Source: Candidatus Undinarchaeota archaeon
GTDB taxonomy: Archaea > SpSt-1190 > JASMDC01
Direction of reading: 5' to 3'
DNA length: 40,240 nt
NCBI GenBank assembly: GCA_964519305.1
Contig: CAZFHY010000023.1
Coordinates: 1 to 40,240, forward strand
Shown here: positions 1 to 7,692 of the stretch, piece by piece
Position numbering within the stretch: position 1 is the first letter of the stretch
Layout: each line of letters starts with the position of its first letter
Program-made: the position numbers and the translations under genes
The notes under the pieces: generated by a model
Database searches by the model: none
Told to the model about the DNA's origin: nothing
What the model saw: only the letters and a program-made list of their open reading frames with translations

Positions 1-1
1 T

Positions 2-1969
2 GGGGTGCGCTCAACACCCGGCATGGACGGGCACTTCTCGGACTCGCTCTGTACCTACAAAGAAAATGGTGATCCCTGCTACACCGATTATGAGTGCGAT
101 ACTCAGAATTGCCACAGCGGAGTTTGTTGCAGTTCCGGTGAGTTCTGCTGTAACGTCGATAAGGACTGTCCATCAGATAAGGAATGTGGCTACCGGTACT
201 TCTGTGTAACTCCCACTCCAACGCCAGAACCTACACCCGAGCTGACTCCAGAACCTACACCCGAGCTGACTCCGGAACCTACTTCTGAACCAACCGCGGA
301 ACCTACACCTGAGCCGACTCCCGAGCCGACTCCTGAGGCGACACCAACGTCCTCCCCTCAACAGAATGGGGATACTTGCATGAAGAGTGAGGAGTGTGCG
401 AGTGGGAACTGCAAGAACGGCCTTTGCTGTCTAGCAGGCTACCAGTGCTGTGCGTCAGATGCAGCATGCCCTCCCGACTTTGAGTGCGATAAGGACCGCT
501 TCTATTGCGTTCAGAAAGAGACACCGACACCCGAACCGACTTCAGAAACCACACCTGAACCGACAGTGGACGCAACTCCATCACCCTCCTCGGAAGCGAT
601 CCCCGAACCCACACCTACGCCCAAGCCTGCCTTTTCAGAGAATTCTAGCCCCCTTGAGCTCGGAGGGACGAAAACGAGAATAGCTCTCGCTCTCGTTCTA
701 GATGTGTCGGGTAGTATGGACGGACTGAAGCTGGACAAGCTCAAGGAGGCGACGAATGGTCTCCTCAGTACCCTTCCCGAGTACAACAGGGTTGCGCTCA
801 TCTCGTATTCAGATGATGCGGATGTGGTGTTCTCCCTTGACTCGATAGTCGAGAAAGATGACCTCAAGCGGAAGGTTAAAAGAATGGATGCCATCGGGAA
901 GACGAACATCGGTTCGGGGCTCGAGATCGCCCTCTCGGAGCTGGAGAACACGACGAAGGACGAGAAGAAGTACATACTTCTCCTCACCGACGGGCTCATC
1001 ACCGCCGGCCTAACGACGACGGAGATAATCGAGCTTGCACGCTCTCATTTCGATGTGAGTATCTCGACGGTATCCGTGGGCACCGAACCCGACAAGGACT
1101 TCTTACGGACACTGGCGAACTCCGCTAATGGTAGGTTCTATGATGTGGAGAACGCGATAGAGATGGTCTCAAGCTTTACAAAAGAGGTAGGTGAGATCGT
1201 CGCCCTCGAGGAATTGGTCACTTACGTCTACCTCCTAAACGTGCGCGAGACACTTGACACTATTGACAAGGATGCGACGACAGAGAGCATCCTCCAAGGA
1301 TTCAATGGTGAGTACTTTGTCACGGAGAATGGTAAATCCTCGATATTCTTCAACCTCATCTGCGTCAACTCCTTGCGACGACTTGGAACCCTCGACTCGC
1401 TGGAAAAGGAACGGTTCATCGGTTGGGTGAAATCACAGCGACTTGACGACGGCAGCTACAAAGAGGTCGGTTTTACTCATTCGACAGTATTCGCTACCGC
1501 TTCGGCCCTCAGCCTCCTCTACTACCTCGATGCTTCAATCGAGAGTGAAGAGGAGTCAATCGCTTTCATGCTAGAACATGCCACAGGAGGTGGATTCGAG
1601 AACATCAAGGGCGAAGGCCCTTCGCTCCTCGTAACTAATATGGTAATAGAGACGCTCTATGAGTCCGATGCCCTTTCCGGGGGACTACTAAACAGTGCCG
1701 CAGACTTCGCTCTCTCTACTGAGCTTGAGAGCGGGGGATTCTCTGACAGAGTGGGCGGGGCCGAGGCACATCCATGGTTCTCGCGGCTTGCGGTCGAAAT
1801 CATCTCAAGAGCAGGACGCCTTGACGAGATTGACAAGAACCGCCTTGAGCGCTACCTCACCTTCGTGAAAAATCCGGACGGCTATGCATACACGCCCGGG
1901 GGAGAGACGACAGTAGGAGCGACATACGATGCAGAGCGCATCCTCAAGATGGTTTCCACGGAGGTATGA
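2..1969 (+). CDS. Surface protein (5'-partial): two 10-Cys modules, Pro/Thr linkers, VWA domain, prenyltransferase/squalene-oxidase-repeat-like alpha/alpha barrel
   Basis: Frame is open from the window edge. MIDAS motifs DVSGSM, TNIG and LLTDG. C-terminal repeats QRLDDGSY, ESGGFSDRVGGAEAH and NPDGYAYTPG resemble prenyltransferase beta-subunit repeats. Confidence 0.8.
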   Translation, partial: GVRSTPGMDGHFSDSLCTYKENGDPCYTDYECDTQNCHSGVCCSSGEFCCNVDKDCPSDKECGYRYFCVTPTPTPEPTPELTPEPTPELTPEPTSEPTAEPTPEPTPEPTPEATPTSSPQQNGDTCMKSEECASGNCKNGLCCLAGYQCCASDAACPPDFECDKDRFYCVQKETPTPEPTSETTPEPTVDATPSPSSEAIPEPTPTPKPAFSENSSPLELGGTKTRIALALVLDVSGSMDGLKLDKLKEATNGLLSTLPEYNRVALISYSDDADVVFSLDSIVEKDDLKRKVKRMDAIGKTNIGSGLEIALSELENTTKDEKKYILLLTDGLITAGLTTTEIIELARSHFDVSISTVSVGTEPDKDFLRTLANSANGRFYDVENAIEMVSSFTKEVGEIVALEELVTYVYLLNVRETLDTIDKDATTESILQGFNGEYFVTENGKSSIFFNLICVNSLRRLGTLDSLEKERFIGWVKSQRLDDGSYKEVGFTHSTVFATASALSLLYYLDASIESEEESIAFMLEHATGGGFENIKGEGPSLLVTNMVIETLYESDALSGGLLNSAADFALSTELESGGFSDRVGGAEAHPWFSRLAVEIISRAGRLDEIDKNRLERYLTFVKNPDGYAYTPGGETTVGATYDAERILKMVSTEV

Positions 1970-1972
1970 ACT

Positions 1973-3613
1973 ATGTACACCGACCCCCACCCGGATACTA
2001 AACTGGTATTGATACTGTCAATATGCATGGTCCTCGCAATCCTCATTGGCGGGTGCATGTCGAGCCCAAAGGTTGAAGAACCTCCGAAAGCGACAGCTGG
2101 ACCTTATCAGGAAGGACCGCCCACCGGGACAGGAACATCCACCGGTATACCATCGATGACACCTACTCCTTCCCCCACGTCTCAACCAACACTGACACCC
2201 ATACCGACACAGTTACCCACGCCCGTGCCAACTTCAATTCCAACTGTGACACCCGTGCCTAGTGAGTCTCCCGAAGAAGCTTCCTTAGCAGGACAGGATC
2301 CGTTCGACCTTCTCAGCAAGAGGAACACCCTCGCAATCGTGCTCGTTCTCGATGTCTCCGGTAGCATGAAGGGGAATAAGATCGAACAGATGAAAGAGGC
2401 CACGATAAAACTGTTAAACGTCATTCCTGAGTACAATAAAGTCTCACTCATACCGTATGCGACGTCAGCTAGAGTGGAAAAAAGCCTCAGCACACTTGCG
2501 GATAAAGAAGGACTTATCAAGAAGGTCGAAATGCTTCGACCAGAGGATAGCACGAATATTGGAGATGGGATGGAGGGCGCGTTCCTACAACTATCCAGAG
2601 CTCAGGATGAAGATACTCCGTTTATTCTTCTATTGACCGACGGTGTGATAACCGCGGGACGTAGCGCTCTTGAAGTGATAGAACTCGCTCGTGGTCATCC
2701 TGACATCAGCATCTCAACCGTCGCTGTTGGGGGGGATGCTGATAAGAAATTCCTTCGTGAACTGGCGCAGGTAGGCCGAGGGCGTTTCTATGATGTCGCC
2801 GAAGCTGAAGAACTCATCGCCACATTTACTAAGGAAATGGGTGAGATGCTATCCCTTGAGGAGCTGGTCACCTACGTCTACCTACTCAATGTTCGGGAGA
2901 CGCTCGATACAATTGACAAGGACGCCACCGCCGAGAGCATCATGAAGGGTTTCGACGGTGACCACTTCGTGATAGACGACGGGAGCACCTCTCTCTTCTT
3001 CAATCTGATCTGTATCAATGCCCTCAAACGACTGGGCCACCTGGACGACCTCCCCAAAGACACGTTTATTGCTCTCGTGAAGTCGCGCCGACAGGATGAT
3101 GGCGGGTATGCGGAGGTCAGTCAGACCGCCTCGTCTGTGCTGGCCACTTCATCGGCAATCCGCATCCTTAATTACCTCGATACACCCATAGAGAACGAGG
3201 ACGCTCCGATTGAGTTCCTAATCGCTCATTGGACAGGACGCGGTTTCAAGAACACGGCGACCGATATCGAGAGTATATTCGCCACGAACATGGCCATTGA
3301 GGCCCTGTACGAGCTCGATCGCGTCAATGAGACCGTCCTGACTGGTTCTTCGGACTTCGTCATCTCGCAACAGACAGATCTAGGGGGTTTCGCCGACTTC
3401 GCAGGTGGGAATCCCCACTCTTGGTATTCTCGAATGGGAATTGAGGTGCTCCGGCGAGCCGATCGTGTCGGAGAAATCGATGCAGAGTCCCTAAAGACCT
3501 ATCTAGAAACTCTCAAGAACGACGATGGGTACTCCTATTCACCTGATGGGGAGACGACAGTCGGTGCGACCTACGACGCGGAACTCACTCTGAAGTCACT
3601 GAGCGCAGTCTAG
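1973..3613 (+). CDS. Lipoprotein paralog: Pro/Thr linker, VWA domain, prenyltransferase-like alpha/alpha barrel
   Basis: Hydrophobic N-terminus with lipobox LIGGC. MIDAS DVSGSM/LLTDG. Collinear similarity to the upstream ORF. GGAGGT just upstream. Confidence 0.85.
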   Translation: MYTDPHPDTKLVLILSICMVLAILIGGCMSSPKVEEPPKATAGPYQEGPPTGTGTSTGIPSMTPTPSPTSQPTLTPIPTQLPTPVPTSIPTVTPVPSESPEEASLAGQDPFDLLSKRNTLAIVLVLDVSGSMKGNKIEQMKEATIKLLNVIPEYNKVSLIPYATSARVEKSLSTLADKEGLIKKVEMLRPEDSTNIGDGMEGAFLQLSRAQDEDTPFILLLTDGVITAGRSALEVIELARGHPDISISTVAVGGDADKKFLRELAQVGRGRFYDVAEAEELIATFTKEMGEMLSLEELVTYVYLLNVRETLDTIDKDATAESIMKGFDGDHFVIDDGSTSLFFNLICINALKRLGHLDDLPKDTFIALVKSRRQDDGGYAEVSQTASSVLATSSAIRILNYLDTPIENEDAPIEFLIAHWTGRGFKNTATDIESIFATNMAIEALYELDRVNETVLTGSSDFVISQQTDLGGFADFAGGNPHSWYSRMGIEVLRRADRVGEIDAESLKTYLETLKNDDGYSYSPDGETTVGATYDAELTLKSLSAV

Positions 3614-3639
3614 TAGTCGATAGGAAATTCGGACAGCTC

Positions 3640-3655
3640 AAGGACAATCGTCCTT
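3640..3655. terminator. Small hairpin between convergent genes
   Basis: AAGGAC-AATC-GTCCTT in the 49-bp gap between two stop codons. Confidence 0.25.
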
Positions 3656-3662
3656 AGACAAT

Positions 3663-6080
3663 CTATCCGATCGTCACGTCCTCGACAGCGATCTGACGCT
3701 CCTCGCCAGCTTCTGTTGTGTACGTAACGACACCTGAGACTACACCCGTACCGTTCTCGGGAACGACCACTGTGAAGACCGCCGACTGGGAGTCCTCTGG
3801 TGGTACCGGCCCCAACGAAAGGTAGGTGATCCCCTCGTACACAGTGAATCCCTCTGGGAGATAGAGGGTGACGGCAGCGTTCCCTATCGGGAAGGTGGAG
3901 CCGTTCTTCACGGCGACGGTGATGCGCACATATGCACCCTCACGTTGGATGCTCCGCGATACGATAACGTTCTCTTCGCCCAGTGTCTTTCGCTTAATGA
4001 GCTTGAGGTAGCCCACGGTGGCACCCAGGGCTGTGAGGATGGCCGCGATGAGGTGGCGGTTGGCCACGATAGGGTCCAAGACGCTCGGTTCGATCAGCTC
4101 GCCCTCGAGCTGTAGCCCGAGCCGTGATCCCTCCTCCCGATATGTGCCCACGAGCCGCACAACGGGGCTGTCGGACTTCTGGAAGGCCGCCTCCACCGCA
4201 TGCACACCCGTGTCAGACGTTTGGAGAACGGTGAGATCGCCCTTCATGACATACCCCAGTCCGTAGAGCCGCTCCAAGTGGCCCTTCATGGTGGGATGTT
4301 CTTTGACGGTTAATAGGACCTCCCCGGATGCCGATTGACCGGTGGGTGCGGAAGTGGGGACCGGCGTATCATCTGAGGGCTCAGTCGTGGTTTTAGGAGT
4401 TGGACAGGGGCAGTCCTCACAGCATTTGCCAGCACCCTCGCCCTCTGCGCACTTTCCGTCACCACAGAGGGGCGCGTATGCCTTCCCGCTCACGAACGCA
4501 TCGTGCCTGTCATCGAAGGCGAGCTGGAGGAGAAGGTGGTCGCGCAGGAACTTGGCCTGGAGCCGCTCGGTACCAGCGAGGTCGTTGCTCATCCACAGGT
4601 AGCCACCGTTGTCGGCGTGCAGGTGCGCGAGGAACCCCATGGCCGAACCGATGGCGTCCGCGTACTCGCACTCACCCAATGAGATGCGATGCGAGAGCAC
4701 GAGCATGACGAGCGCCTGGTCCCAGACCTTCTTCGATGTATCGAGGAGGCCGCCATCTGCCTTCCCGTTGGTACGGAACCCGCCGTTCTCATCATCCCTG
4801 AGCTCAAGGATGAACGCGAGCGTCCCGTCAGCTGCGTCCTTATACTTCTTGTCACCGCTGGCAAGGTAGGCCTCGTACAGGGTGAAGTACGCGAAGACCT
4901 GGTCCTCGAGGCCCTTGACGGACTTTGACGAGTCGGAGAATACACCGCCGTTCTCGTCATCATACATCTCGGTCATGAGGGCGTCGACCGTTTCGTAGAC
5001 CTCCTTGCGCATAGTGAGCAGGTCCGCGACCGCATTCGAACGCGAGGCCCGGAGGGCCACATGTGTCCGGAGGAACCTGAGACCGGTCTCCATCGACTGG
5101 AAATCGGTGATCAGCACCTGGGCTCGTGCAGGGTCGCTGTCGACGAGAGCGAACGCGCACATCAGCTTGTCGTACGGAGAGGTGATCTCGGGCGGCAGGA
5201 GCGTGTTCGCGCTCTCCAGTCCGGCCAGATGGGCGATGGCCCGGTCCTCCCAGTTAGCCTCACCCTTGACCACGTTGTCCGCGGTAAGGCTGTTATGGAA
5301 CCCATCGGTCTTGAACGTCTCGAGAAAGGCGGTAAGTTCGGTCCGTTCCTCCTCGTTGCCCCCTCCCTCCCATCTGAGGGCGGTGAGGAGCACCTCCTCG
5401 AGCAGTCGTCGTGCCCAGTCGGCCCGGTCGACGATGGTATGGAAGTCAGGATCGAATGTAGTGAGGACGATCCCCCCCTTCCCGAAGCGCTGGAACAGCA
5501 GCACGGGCTGGCCCTGGTCATTGAGTATGGTCCCCTGTCCCTCGAAAGAACCGTGGGAGCCGTAGAGCGTGTTGGCGATCTCATTATCGAGGAGGTTGCC
5601 AAGAGGTGCGACCAGTGTATGATTGTGGGACGTGCGGGGTGAGTTGATATAGGTCACGTCGACAGGAAGGAACGTGTAATCCCCGGTCCCCGGAAGGGTC
5701 TGGTGGTATGTGAGCTCAACGTCCTCGCCGTCGATGCCGCGGAACTGTGAGGGGACGATGATGAAACCACCATCGCAGAGGAACGTCCGCATCGTATCGC
5801 GCTCCCTCTTCAGGGCCCCGATGATGGGTGTGTCGAGGTAGGAGCCGAGGGCGAGCACTCGGTCGCCTGTGAGCACGGTACCGAGGTCATCGGGCTTGAC
5901 GAGCTTGTGAGGGATGGCCAACCGGGCGAACGCCGAAGTACCGTACTGGTACAGCGGGTCCGTGTTGTCCAGAAGGTACAGCTGGTTCCCATCGGACGTA
6001 TACAGCTCCTCCATGTCCGATTCCGCCGCGCATGGGACGATGAGGAGCATCAGTACCAATAGCAGGGCCATCCTGTCCAT
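3663..6080 (-). CDS. Membrane-anchored multidomain protein: signal peptide, alpha/beta domain, AGE-epimerase/six-hairpin-like helical domain, CGDGxC Cys motif, TM helix, C-terminal Ig-like beta-sandwich
   Basis: Signal MDRMALLLVLMLLIVPCAA. Repeats YDDENGGVF and RDDENGGF with YEAYLASGDKKYKDAA. CGDGKC..CCEDC motif. TM LIAAILTALGATVGYL followed by KLIKRK. Confidence 0.75.
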   Translation of the reverse strand: MDRMALLLVLMLLIVPCAAESDMEELYTSDGNQLYLLDNTDPLYQYGTSAFARLAIPHKLVKPDDLGTVLTGDRVLALGSYLDTPIIGALKRERDTMRTFLCDGGFIIVPSQFRGIDGEDVELTYHQTLPGTGDYTFLPVDVTYINSPRTSHNHTLVAPLGNLLDNEIANTLYGSHGSFEGQGTILNDQGQPVLLFQRFGKGGIVLTTFDPDFHTIVDRADWARRLLEEVLLTALRWEGGGNEEERTELTAFLETFKTDGFHNSLTADNVVKGEANWEDRAIAHLAGLESANTLLPPEITSPYDKLMCAFALVDSDPARAQVLITDFQSMETGLRFLRTHVALRASRSNAVADLLTMRKEVYETVDALMTEMYDDENGGVFSDSSKSVKGLEDQVFAYFTLYEAYLASGDKKYKDAADGTLAFILELRDDENGGFRTNGKADGGLLDTSKKVWDQALVMLVLSHRISLGECEYADAIGSAMGFLAHLHADNGGYLWMSNDLAGTERLQAKFLRDHLLLQLAFDDRHDAFVSGKAYAPLCGDGKCAEGEGAGKCCEDCPCPTPKTTTEPSDDTPVPTSAPTGQSASGEVLLTVKEHPTMKGHLERLYGLGYVMKGDLTVLQTSDTGVHAVEAAFQKSDSPVVRLVGTYREEGSRLGLQLEGELIEPSVLDPIVANRHLIAAILTALGATVGYLKLIKRKTLGEENVIVSRSIQREGAYVRITVAVKNGSTFPIGNAAVTLYLPEGFTVYEGITYLSLGPVPPEDSQSAVFTVVVPENGTGVVSGVVTYTTEAGEERQIAVEDVTIG

Positions 6081-6101
6081 GCTGACCGGATAGGGATGCA
6101 G

Positions 6102-6111
6102 TTTTATTAAA
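6102..6111 (-). promoter_or_regulatory. Archaeal TATA box for the gene starting at 6080
   Basis: TTTAATAAAA on the minus strand about 22 nt upstream of the ATG, in a GC-rich background. Confidence 0.55.
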
Positions 6112-6132
6112 CCTCATGCGGTCGCGGGCCTC

Positions 6133-7110
6133 TCATCGCTTGACACGAGTGAGTATGTTCGTCTTGTGGTGGGGGGTCTTGTCAACGAGCCCCTTCTCCT
6201 CGAGACGGCGCACGACCTTCGACAGCTTGGGCTTGGAGAAACCCACGACCTCGCCCATCTCGTCCTGGCGCATCTCACCCCCGTTGTCATCGATGGCAGC
6301 GAGCACCTGGTTCTCGTCCTCGGTCACCACGGCGGTGATCAGTTCCCCCGTCTCCTGATGGTGACGTATACGACTTCGCAGGTGGTAGGTGCCAACAAGG
6401 GCTGCGCCCAACAGGAAACCGATAAGAACTGAGGTCCCGCTATCGCCCGGAGGGGGCGTGCCGGCATCAAATCCGCGTACTCCCGCAGGTCCGGCCCCCG
6501 GACCACCTCCATAGTAACGGTAGAGAGCGAAGAACGACAGTCCGTCGCCCACGGACACATCATCACGGGTCCAAACGACGTGCACCCGACGTCCGTCGGT
6601 GAGGATGTTGTCGGGCTTGGGGGAGAGTGGGAGGGCGGACGAGCCCGAGACACCAGCGCCGGACGGGAGCTGTAGGTAGAGAGTGAACCGCTCGAGATGG
6701 ACCGACGGCTGGAGAGTGAACTTGAAGAGCACCTCCTCCTCGAGATTCTGGATGATGGATGGATCTGTGAAGGAGAGGCGGAGCTTGGCGGATCCGCCGG
6801 ACGGGACGGGCTCGGCGAGGTCGATGTCCACGCGCGCACCGGTCTCCAGCTGCTCTGTCTGGAACCGCTCCCGTGCGAACCCTGCACCGTTCGCCCTCTC
6901 CACGATAAGGCTCTCAGGGAGCTTGTCGAGCTCATAAGAGAGCATCGCCAGAGGTTCCGCCTCGTCATTGACGATGTCGAGCACGATCGTCTCCAGCGGT
7001 GCGCCCTCGATGTCGAAGGTGACGTTGTACTCCGTCACGCGGACCGCAACGGTTGGCGTGGCTACTATGAACGCCAATGCCATCATCAGTACGATCTGTC
7101 GGTATCTCAC
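6133..7110 (-). CDS. Membrane-anchored winged-helix regulator (COG2512-like): extracellular beta domain, TM helix, C-terminal wHTH
   Basis: GTG at 7110 gives a signal peptide (MRYRQIVLMMALAFIVATPTVA). TM VLIGFLLGAALVG. C-terminal TEDENQVL..MRQDEM..GFSKPKLSKVVRRLEEKGLV..KTN is a typical wHTH. Confidence 0.8.
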   Translation of the reverse strand: MRYRQIVLMMALAFIVATPTVAVRVTEYNVTFDIEGAPLETIVLDIVNDEAEPLAMLSYELDKLPESLIVERANGAGFARERFQTEQLETGARVDIDLAEPVPSGGSAKLRLSFTDPSIIQNLEEEVLFKFTLQPSVHLERFTLYLQLPSGAGVSGSSALPLSPKPDNILTDGRRVHVVWTRDDVSVGDGLSFFALYRYYGGGPGAGPAGVRGFDAGTPPPGDSGTSVLIGFLLGAALVGTYHLRSRIRHHQETGELITAVVTEDENQVLAAIDDNGGEMRQDEMGEVVGFSKPKLSKVVRRLEEKGLVDKTPHHKTNILTRVKR

Positions 7111-7132
7111 GTCGTGCACGCTACCATAGGTC

Positions 7133-7639
7133 CTAGGGCTCGGGCAGGAGTGCACGTGGGTCAACGTTCGTGTTCAGCACCGCCTGGGCGGCGAGGTTCC
7201 GACGCAGGTTATTGTATTCGAACTCCGGAGTGGGTCCCACGGTCACGATGGCGGACGTTGAGTTCTCCTGATCACGGATCTTCTCTTCTGTACCATGGAG
7301 CTCCTCCTCGCGGTCGGCGACGTCCTTCTTGAGGTCCTGCTCCCGGGCGGGAAGGTACTGCTGGGCCACGTTCTGTACGAACGCGTCCTCCGCAAGCCCC
7401 TGCTCCTCCCAAGCCACCTGCTGCTCCATTGCCTGCTGCTGCCATTCCTGGTCAGTCGGTGTCCGGGCCCGCTCCTCCGGGGGCGGCGCCAGTGCATTAT
7501 CCACGTACTGGCTCCCGATCGTCTTCCTGGGCAGGATCTCGCCCTGGTCGGTGTTCCGGACAGGGAGGACGATGACGAGCAGCATGAGACCTACGGCTAT
7601 CACCGCGGCCCATGCAACCGGTCGTTCGTCCCCTGTCAT
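7133..7639 (-). CDS. Hypothetical membrane-anchored protein with a short coiled coil
   Basis: N-terminal TM (AWAAVIAVGLMLLVIVL), Q/E-rich helix. ATG at 7639 preceded by AAGGTG. Co-oriented with its neighbours. Confidence 0.6.
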   Translation of the reverse strand: MTGDERPVAWAAVIAVGLMLLVIVLPVRNTDQGEILPRKTIGSQYVDNALAPPPEERARTPTDQEWQQQAMEQQVAWEEQGLAEDAFVQNVAQQYLPAREQDLKKDVADREEELHGTEEKIRDQENSTSAIVTVGPTPEFEYNNLRRNLAAQAVLNTNVDPRALLPEP

Positions 7640-7692
7640 CGTTTGCACCTTGCTCGAGCCTAACCTAGGTCCATGCGCCATACAATAAATAA

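Noticed and set aside
205-350. PTPE-coding DNA repeats (also 14620-14900 and 33920-34230) as a non-coding array
   Set aside because: Fully explained as in-frame Pro/Thr linkers.
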